Virus record (IMG/VR): IMGVR_UViG_3300028413_000003
Coordinates: 168,465-232,464 of that record
Reading direction: 5' to 3' (one strand)
Source of the DNA: a virus
Taxonomy: Duplodnaviria; Heunggongvirae; Uroviricota; Caudoviricetes
Length of the DNA: 64,000 nucleotides
Shown here: one piece after another, positions 57,222 to 64,000 of the stretch
Numbering within the stretch: the first letter of the stretch is position 1
Layout: every line of letters starts with the position of its first letter
Program-made: the position numbers and the translations under genes
The notes under the pieces: model-generated
Databases searched by the model: none
Seen by the model: only the letters and a program-made list of their open reading frames with translations
What the model was told of the DNA's origin: nothing

Positions 57222-57486
57222 AAACACAGGCTGGCGACAACGAGAATTAGGCAAACTAATAAAATCACAAATTGACGATACCAGTTATCAGCACCTTGTA
57301 AACAAAGGGGTGTGGCCAATAAACGGTATCCACAAAGGCAAAGAGATATCTGAGTTAACTGTTAGCTACTTGGAATTTATTATTAGTAGATTTGACAAAA
57401 CAAGTTATGCAAGACAAATAGCAATCAAAGAACTCGCTCAAAGGCAAAAAAAAAATAATTTTTTAGGCAAACATCACAGTACATAA
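57205..57486 (+). CDS. Hypothetical protein with a DUF3820-like motif
   Basis: GIHKGKEISEL..SYL resembles the G.HKG....(E/D)....YL nucleic-acid-associated motif. Confidence 0.5.
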   Translation: MPKKSKNTGWRQRELGKLIKSQIDDTSYQHLVNKGVWPINGIHKGKEISELTVSYLEFIISRFDKTSYARQIAIKELAQRQKKNNFLGKHHST

Positions 57487-58018
57487 GGTTGGCGGGCCAG
57501 ATTATAAATTCTCCGCTGTGGAAAAGGTTACCGTATAGGAACACACGTAACATACTGATCAACTCCCCAGAGGGAGGAAGCCACCAAACAAATTGGGCTC
57601 ACCGGTTGGTATAAATTGTTTACTGTCAATTGAAAAACACAACATAGTTCATAAAAACTCCTTAGCAATCGGAACGAAGCGGGAGGTAGTGCTGTGTATC
57701 TTATATTGTATATTATCTTTAGTATATGATGTTATGTACATGGCGCAATGTCGACGTAGGTTGGGAAAGGTCAGAGCCCAATGAACTTGTGTATAATAAA
57801 TACCTATTTCCAAAGTCTATGGCTGGATATAACTCACATGAAGTAAATCTTTTAGACGACGGGGCCACACAAAGGTTCCGTCTGACCGAAACAATCTACA
57901 TGAATATCTAGTGTTAATAGACGTTCACTATATGTATATTATAACTTTAAGCTTTTGTTATAAGAGATTGAAACGTGATTGAGCGACAGCGAAAGAACAG
58001 ATGAACGTTAGTTCATCT
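57487..58018 (+). ncRNA. Putative large structured non-coding RNA (family not recognised)
   Basis: Multiple local and long-range complementarities with many plus-strand-only G.U pairs (see findings); no convincing ORF. Boundaries approximate. Confidence 0.6.
57999..58018. other. Perfect 8-bp hairpin AGATGAAC-gtta-GTTCATCT
   Basis: Read directly. No U-tract, so not a clear intrinsic terminator. Confidence 0.7.
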
Positions 58019-58024
58019 AATAAG

Positions 58025-58032
58025 TATAAATA
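58025..58032 (+). promoter_or_regulatory. T4-type late promoter TATAAATA
   Basis: Exact consensus, followed by AAGGA RBS and ATG at 58059. Confidence 0.7.
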
Positions 58033-58058
58033 ATATTAATGTAGTTAAGGATATGTAA

Positions 58059-58781
58059 ATGCAAGTGTACACTGTTATATGCGAGAATAATGATCTAGTT
58101 GAATTGAATTTAGGACTGACCAAGCAGGGTCGTAATTTGAAGAGAGCTGACAAAGCAACTAGAGGATCATTGAAAGATGAAGTTCAGTCCATGGAAGTTG
58201 AATTATTAACTTACATGAAGAACTCAGGAAACAAAACTGCCACACCGTCACTTGTAAAAAATTATTTAAATCAAAAAGGTCTTGGGACAGTTGGTAACCC
58301 AATTGTAGATGCTGCTGCTGATAAAGCTGCTGGACCTGGGGCTGTCGGAATGGACAATCCTCGCCAAGAGCCACCGTTGTCCGGTGGAGGTGCCCCTACT
58401 GGTGACACCAGTGCTCCTGCCCCCGGGAGTCCTGCTGCTGCTGAGCCACGCGAACGTGGATCGGTGGCAAAAACTGCCGACGGATCTGAATTCAAATGGT
58501 TGGGTAATCAATGGAGAGATTCAAGGACTGGTCGAATGGCAAGTAAAGCACAAAAAGCAGAATTAAATAATTCTTCACCAACTGAAAGTATTTCTGAGGC
58601 AGAAGAAGAACCGTCACTGTCCAAAAGACAGATTAGAGGCATACTCAAGCAAGTAATCACCAAAGCTTATGGAGACCAAGCAGGCTTCAGCAAAAGCAAG
58701 TTCGCCAGCAGTGCAGGCAGCGACGATACTGCTGCAATGATTGATAAATTAAAAGCACAGGGTTACAAAGTAACCAAGTAA
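58059..58781 (+). CDS. Late hypothetical protein (possible virion/internal protein)
   Basis: Late promoter and RBS; A/P/G-rich linker; KWLG.QW module. Confidence 0.65.
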   Translation: MQVYTVICENNDLVELNLGLTKQGRNLKRADKATRGSLKDEVQSMEVELLTYMKNSGNKTATPSLVKNYLNQKGLGTVGNPIVDAAADKAAGPGAVGMDNPRQEPPLSGGGAPTGDTSAPAPGSPAAAEPRERGSVAKTADGSEFKWLGNQWRDSRTGRMASKAQKAELNNSSPTESISEAEEEPSLSKRQIRGILKQVITKAYGDQAGFSKSKFASSAGSDDTAAMIDKLKAQGYKVTK

Positions 58782-59009
58782 TTACCAGAACGGTTGCTTG
58801 GTTGCCTTTGCTGTTTCTAGATTCTCTTTGATTAATTTATAAATAATTTCTCTATCTTCGACGCACATTTCGTAGGCTTCAGTTAGGCTCACACTGCCTC
58901 TCATAAACCAGCAAAGCTTGGATAAATCAAATTTTAATTGTTTGCATTGGCTTTCAAGGACCTCAACCTCCTCTAATATCTTTTCAAGAGGCCAGGTTAA
59001 GATCCTCAT
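58782..59009 (-). CDS. gp51-like baseplate/tail assembly protein (possible frameshift extension of the upstream gene)
   Basis: CWFMRG.VS..EAY.M..EDR.I...I.EN; ATGA overlap with the upstream stop. Confidence 0.65.
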   Translation of the reverse strand: MRILTWPLEKILEEVEVLESQCKQLKFDLSKLCWFMRGSVSLTEAYEMCVEDREIIYKLIKENLETAKATKQPFW

Positions 59010-59863
59010 GCGAAAAAATTTGTTTGGTCAAACGTTATTGGAACTTCAAATGTGTCGGGCGCGCCCTTTTCTCTATCTTCGTCTGTTGTTGTAATTATTT
59101 GTGGCCTAACAGAAAACTTAACTTTCTCTTGGTCAATCCTGTCGATGATTGATTTAAACACTTCTTTCTCGGTGTTTTCAAAAAATTCAGTGATAAATTC
59201 GGGATCAGTAACAGCTTCTTCTTGATCGTATGTAACAGATGCAACTGTTTTTGCAAGTTGTCTGATGTTGATGTCTGTTAATTTGTCAAAACTCTTTGTA
59301 AACATTTCTAATTTTTGTACATCGTCGAGATCTCTGTCGTTGATTGTTTTAAAAATTCTTTGTTCTTCAAATGTTTTCATTGCTGTTTCAGTATACGATT
59401 TATAGTTAAGTGGACGAAGTTCAAAAGTATACGGGCCAAACACTACTATATTATCATATTCGTTGGCTGACAATGTGTCCAACATCACTCTTAGATCAAC
59501 TGAGAACCCTTTTTCTTCATTGGTCTGTGGAATCTTAATTTCAAGATCCATCATTTCTCCATATGTTGCAATGCGAATAGCAATTAGTATTGCATCGATG
59601 TCGATGCTTGGAACACTCCACGCATCTTTTATACTAGGAAAACAACTTTGAATAACACTCACTGTTGCCTGACCATTTAGCAATGCATCTGGAGTTTTAA
59701 ACATCAATTCGTCCTTGGCTGTCATTGCTAGCACTGGGAATTGATGGTTGTCAGGAATGTTAATTGCACCGTTGGGATAGTACTGTCCTCGACTGGGTAA
59801 TTCTACAAAAAGTTTGGGCTGTCTAAAATGTTTTGACAGTGGGTTCGGTGATGCGTGATCCAT
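59006..59863 (-). CDS. gp26-like baseplate hub assembly chaperone
   Basis: NPL..HFRQP...V.LPS.G..Y, MTAKDEL..KTPDALLNG, D.DAILIAIRIATYG, ends NFFA. Start taken at the ATG at 59863 after GGAG. Confidence 0.75.
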   Translation of the reverse strand: MDHASPNPLSKHFRQPKLFVELPSRGQYYPNGAINIPDNHQFPVLAMTAKDELMFKTPDALLNGQATVSVIQSCFPSIKDAWSVPSIDIDAILIAIRIATYGEMMDLEIKIPQTNEEKGFSVDLRVMLDTLSANEYDNIVVFGPYTFELRPLNYKSYTETAMKTFEEQRIFKTINDRDLDDVQKLEMFTKSFDKLTDINIRQLAKTVASVTYDQEEAVTDPEFITEFFENTEKEVFKSIIDRIDQEKVKFSVRPQIITTTDEDREKGAPDTFEVPITFDQTNFFA

Positions 59864-59877
59864 ATATTTTCTCCGGC

Positions 59878-59924
59878 TAAATAATACTAACACTATATAT
59901 CGATATATGTTATACACGTATTTA
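59878..59924. promoter_or_regulatory. Face-to-face late-type promoters (TAAATA + at 59878-59883, - at 59919-59924) flanking a 14-bp palindrome
   Basis: ATATATCGATATAT at 59895-59908. Confidence 0.5.
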
Positions 59925-59942
59925 ACCAGGATGATCTAGCCC

Positions 59943-62402
59943 GTGGATGAAGTTGAAATTAAAAATGTAGGCGGCCGAGGAGTCGCCAGTGAAGCAACAT
60001 TACTACAACTAATAGATGCAGTCAAAGGTACCACCGGCGGATCTGGCAACAGTGATGCGCAGAGATTAAGAGACCTTTATAATAGATCCACAGCAGCCGC
60101 TACCAAAGAGCAAAGCAAATTTGTCAAAGGCATAAAAGCAGGTACTGGTGCAGTTGGTACATTTGCTGACAAGCTGCTGATAACTGGTAACAGACTTGGC
60201 GACTTTTCTGAAATGTTGTTGGGCAGTGGCAAAATAACTCTCTTTGTAAACTTTGTTGACAAAACAATCGATCAGTTTAGAGAACTGAGTTCAGTGGGCG
60301 GAAGTTTTAACAACAGCTTGTCTGATATGGTAAGAACCAGCCTTGACGCAGCAATGAACTTGGACGAATTTGTTGGAATGGTAAGAAGCAACAGTACTGA
60401 ACTTGCTAAGTTCGGTGGTAGTGTAACCTCTGGTGCAAAACTTGTCGGAGAGTTTAGTAGAGACATTCGGATGGGCATCGGTCAGCGTTTCTTTGAAATG
60501 GGCATGACCATGGAAAGTGTCAATGAATCGCTGATTGGATACATGACATTAGAAACCATGCGAGGAAAAAGAAACATCAGAAGCGATGCAGAATCGCAAG
60601 CAGGCGCAGCTGAATACATCATGCAACTGGACAAGCTTGCTAAACTAACTGGCAAGCAACGCGAAGCATTAATGGATTCTCAGGCAGCATTACAAACTGA
60701 CGGCCAGGTGCGCAATCAAATTGCAAGAGTAGAAGAGAGGCTAGGCGCAGCAAAAGCTGAAGAACTTAGAGCAATTTATACTTTACAGGATAATGCACTT
60801 CCTGGCTTCCACAAGTCGTTGTTGGATCTCAGCGACGGAGTCGCACAATCCGATCTAGGCCGGGCATTGCAAAACGCAGTTCCTGGAATAACACAATTCA
60901 TGCAACGAGTCGGTGCCGGATCGGTTAGCCAAGAAGAGTATGTAGATTTTATGGCTAATAATGTTCAGCCACATTTGCAACAATTTGCACGACAAATGCC
61001 TGACGCAACATTGCAGGTACTTAGAGGAATGGGCGGCGTGCAAGGAGCAATGGCGCAAATGGTTGACGATACATATCAACTAAACAACATGGTAAACCTA
61101 AACTCTGAAGAAGCAGCGGCTGAACAGGAGAAGAGAAACAGAATAACAGGCACACTTGGCAAGTTTGAACAAGCATTAGCAGCATTTAGATCTTTCTTGT
61201 TTACTACTTTCCTCGACAGTGAGTTTGCAACTGAGCTTGGAAGAATTGGTCAAGAAATGATGGATACATTTGGCGAAGGGGGTGGACCATTTTCTATGAT
61301 GAAAACTACTATTTCTAATACTATGAGATATTTATTTGGCGAAACAGGCATATTTACTATTGGCTTAACAAAGTTAGCTAACTTTGTTAAGTCAGATAAA
61401 TTCCAAGGAGTACTCGAAGGTGCCGGAATAGCGTTTGGTGTAATTACCGAATGGGGCAAAAACTTTATTGAAAATGTAGGCGAAGACGGGTTATGGATTG
61501 CGTTGCTTGAGGAAGTTGGTGATTTTGGTAGTATGATGTCTGGCGTATTTACTAGATTGTTTGAAAATGCAGAGTTGCGAAACTCTATTAGTACTGCATT
61601 TGTAAATGTTTCTGAATATATTATTCAAAAAATAACTGATCTCTGGGAAGGTTCCGAGGTGCAAGGCATGCTGGATTCTATGAGATTATTTTTAGAAGAT
61701 CAAATAATTAATTTATTTGACACACTTAACAATGGCTTCGCCGGACTGTTTATCAACGATAGAGCTCTAGAACAACGCAGAGAAGACCAATCAGTGCAAA
61801 GGGAATTCGGCGGCGATGAAAACCGAGATTCCCTTCGCAACGAAATCTCAAGGATGCAAGCAGAAGTTGCTCGACTTTCAGGCCCCGAAAACACTAATCA
61901 GCTGGGCATGTATCGAGATCCTGAAGCGCTTTGGGCTGCTGAGAATCGACTAAGTGTGCTGGAAAGCCTGCAACAATATTCGCAAGGCACAGACGGATTT
62001 GAACAATTTGGCGGCGGCACACCGGTTATGTTGCACGGATCAGAAGCAGTTGTTCCAAGAAATTCGCCTGCTGGTGAAATGTTAGCAAGTTTCTTTGACC
62101 AACAAAACAGTACAAACGGTTTTCAGAGCCCTAGTAGGTCAACACCGGCTGTAATGCACAACATTGCAACTTCTGATACTGACATAGAAGATGTAGTAGA
62201 AAAGCTGTTGTCACAGCAGACAAAAATGATTTCTACAGACTCTGGTAATAACCAAACTGGCGTAATAACTGCACTAAATGAGCTAAATAGTAACATATTA
62301 AGATTGCTGGGAGCAACACAACAAGGTGTTGCAGTTCAGGAAAGAACAAGAAAAGGCCTACGCGGACTAGGAACAGATATGTTCAAGGGTGCAGGCTTGT
62401 GA
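59943..62402 (+). CDS. Tape-measure-like protein
   Basis: 819 aa, helical, A/G/Q/M-rich; ASEATL..L N-terminus, L..LAKLTGK.RE, GT..MLHG.EAVVP motif near the C-terminus; next to the assembly chaperone. Confidence 0.7.
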   Translation: MDEVEIKNVGGRGVASEATLLQLIDAVKGTTGGSGNSDAQRLRDLYNRSTAAATKEQSKFVKGIKAGTGAVGTFADKLLITGNRLGDFSEMLLGSGKITLFVNFVDKTIDQFRELSSVGGSFNNSLSDMVRTSLDAAMNLDEFVGMVRSNSTELAKFGGSVTSGAKLVGEFSRDIRMGIGQRFFEMGMTMESVNESLIGYMTLETMRGKRNIRSDAESQAGAAEYIMQLDKLAKLTGKQREALMDSQAALQTDGQVRNQIARVEERLGAAKAEELRAIYTLQDNALPGFHKSLLDLSDGVAQSDLGRALQNAVPGITQFMQRVGAGSVSQEEYVDFMANNVQPHLQQFARQMPDATLQVLRGMGGVQGAMAQMVDDTYQLNNMVNLNSEEAAAEQEKRNRITGTLGKFEQALAAFRSFLFTTFLDSEFATELGRIGQEMMDTFGEGGGPFSMMKTTISNTMRYLFGETGIFTIGLTKLANFVKSDKFQGVLEGAGIAFGVITEWGKNFIENVGEDGLWIALLEEVGDFGSMMSGVFTRLFENAELRNSISTAFVNVSEYIIQKITDLWEGSEVQGMLDSMRLFLEDQIINLFDTLNNGFAGLFINDRALEQRREDQSVQREFGGDENRDSLRNEISRMQAEVARLSGPENTNQLGMYRDPEALWAAENRLSVLESLQQYSQGTDGFEQFGGGTPVMLHGSEAVVPRNSPAGEMLASFFDQQNSTNGFQSPSRSTPAVMHNIATSDTDIEDVVEKLLSQQTKMISTDSGNNQTGVITALNELNSNILRLLGATQQGVAVQERTRKGLRGLGTDMFKGAGL

Positions 62403-62426
62403 TTAGAAAAATTAAGGTAATATAAA

Positions 62427-64000
62427 ATGTCGTGGAAAAAATACTTCTCGCCTGTTCCGACAAGCATGAATCAGGGAGGCAGCTATAGTCCTTTTAGTTT
62501 CTCAAAAGGACAAGGGCTCGGTCCTGCTGCCTCTAATTATAGTTCACATCTTCCAGACGTTTATGTTGGCAATCCAAACCGTGTTGAACGCTACGGACAA
62601 TACAACACCATGGACAGTGATTCTGAAATAAATGCAGCATTGGACATCCTTGCTGAGTTTTGCACTCAAAAGAACAAAGAAAACAACACACCATTTAAAA
62701 TTGAATACAATGGCGCGCCTACTAACAGCGAAGTGCAAATTCTAAGTCAGTATCTTCACCGGTGGGCAAAATTACAAGAATTTGAAACTCGTATGTTTAG
62801 AATTATTAGAAATATTTTCAAGTATGGTGACCAATTTTTCCTAAGAGACCCTGAAACCAAAAAGTGGTTCCATGTTGATCCTGCTAACTTGAGTAAAATT
62901 ATTGTAAACGAAAGTGAAGGCAAGCGTCCAGAGCAATACATGGTTAAGGATATAAACATATCATTTGAAAGCTTGTCGGCGACCAAGCTAAACACCACTA
63001 ATGCATACGGACCAAACGGCGCAGGAGGCATGGGCGGACCGTCTATGGGCAGCGGCGGAGGCGCACCCGGAAGTACACCAGATTTGAACACAAGTAGATT
63101 CTCAAACGAATCGAACGAGACAGCAGTTGATGCAGAACATGTTATACACATGTCTCTTAGCGAAGGAATGGATCAAAACTATCCGTTTGGCAACAGTTTG
63201 CTGGAAAGCATCTTCAAAGTTTACAAGCAAAAAGAATTACTAGAGGATGCAATCATCATCTACCGCGTTCAGCGTGCGCCAGAGCGCAGAGTATTTTATG
63301 TAGACGTTGGCAACATGCCAAGTCACCTTGCTATGCAGTTTGTGGAAAGAGTAAAAACAGAAATTCACCAAAGACGAATTCCATCGAAGACAGGCGGAGG
63401 TCAAACTGTTATTGATAGTTCATACAATCCGTTGTCTATCAATGAGGATTATTTCTTCCCCCAGACCTGCCTTTCATTAGAAACACCAATACCGTTATTA
63501 GACGGAAGGACGCTAACGTTAGATGAAATAATTTTAGAATATAAAAATGGCAAGCGTAATTGGACTTATGGGTTGAGCAACATTACTCATGAAATGGAAT
63601 CAGCTGAAATCAAGTGGGCTGGTATCACTCGTAAAAATGCTAAAGTTTTAAAGATAACACTGGACAACGGTGAAACCATCACCTCTACGCCTGATCATAG
63701 GTTCATTATGCGCGACGGTAGAGAAGTAGAAGCTCAGCATCTTTTAATCAATGACAGCTTAATGCCGCTAGAATTGCGCGATGGATATTCTGGTCCAAAA
63801 CAAAAAAATAAAAAATACACAAGGTACCGTAGTAACAACGAAGGAAGTATTAAGTTTGTTCATGCTACTGTGGCAAACAAGCAGCCGGGAAAAGATACTC
63901 AAGTTCACCATGTTGACTTTAACAGCAAAAACAATAATCCGACTAATTTACAAGTACTGTTAACTGCGGATCATATTGAATTACATAGGAATGCAGGTTC
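62427..64000 (+). CDS. gp20: Portal protein gp20 (partial) containing an intein
   Basis: Not in the ORF track (no stop before the window end). Manual translation: MSWKKYF...LLEDAIIIYRVQRAPERRVFYVDVGNMP...EDYFFPQT, which are T4 gp20 signatures. Confidence 0.92.
   Translation, partial: MSWKKYFSPVPTSMNQGGSYSPFSFSKGQGLGPAASNYSSHLPDVYVGNPNRVERYGQYNTMDSDSEINAALDILAEFCTQKNKENNTPFKIEYNGAPTNSEVQILSQYLHRWAKLQEFETRMFRIIRNIFKYGDQFFLRDPETKKWFHVDPANLSKIIVNESEGKRPEQYMVKDINISFESLSATKLNTTNAYGPNGAGGMGGPSMGSGGGAPGSTPDLNTSRFSNESNETAVDAEHVIHMSLSEGMDQNYPFGNSLLESIFKVYKQKELLEDAIIIYRVQRAPERRVFYVDVGNMPSHLAMQFVERVKTEIHQRRIPSKTGGGQTVIDSSYNPLSINEDYFFPQTCLSLETPIPLLDGRTLTLDEIILEYKNGKRNWTYGLSNITHEMESAEIKWAGITRKNAKVLKITLDNGETITSTPDHRFIMRDGREVEAQHLLINDSLMPLELRDGYSGPKQKNKKYTRYRSNNEGSIKFVHATVANKQPGKDTQVHHVDFNSKNNNPTNLQVLLTADHIELHRNAG
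63468..64000 (+). mobile_element. Intein with HNH endonuclease in the portal gene (3' end outside window)
   Basis: CLSLETPIPLLDG (block A), ITLDNGETITSTPDHRF (block B TxxH), then VHHVDFNSKNNNPTNL...DHIELH (HNH). Confidence 0.88.

Noticed and set aside
57593-57911. Short ORFs of 63 and 61 aa
   Set aside because: Non-ATG starts, no RBS, no motifs; they overlap the structured RNA candidate.
1-64000. Stop-codon reassignment, tRNA or rRNA genes
   Set aside because: Genes are intact and densely packed under the standard code, with TAA, TGA and TAG all used as stops; no cloverleaf or rRNA-like sequence seen.

Overview
A 64-kb, AT-rich segment of a large T4-like (myovirus, probably jumbo-type) bacteriophage genome. 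Minus strand 1-18133 is an ~18-kb modification island. It holds six intact radical SAM genes plus one degenerate one, a QueC-like PP-loop ATPase, a kinase-like protein, two SGNH-like paralogs, a UDP-glucose dehydrogenase, a methyltransferase-like gene and about five glycosyltransferase-like genes. It lies directly downstream of a tail-fibre/baseplate block (18192-51234: fibres, a 4451-aa wedge protein, gp6-, gp25-, gp5-, gp27-, gp53- and gp48/54-like genes). The plus strand carries a gp55-like late sigma factor, gp47, and a gp46 gene fractured by an atypically split intein with a free-standing Vsr-like endonuclease between the halves. These are followed by a GIY-YIG gene and an ~520-nt, ORF-poor, G.U-rich structured RNA candidate. 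The window ends with a gp26/gp51-like pair carrying a -1 slippery site, a tape-measure-like gene, and a gp20 portal gene interrupted by an HNH-bearing intein that runs off the window. All calls come from motif reading by eye; no database searches were run.
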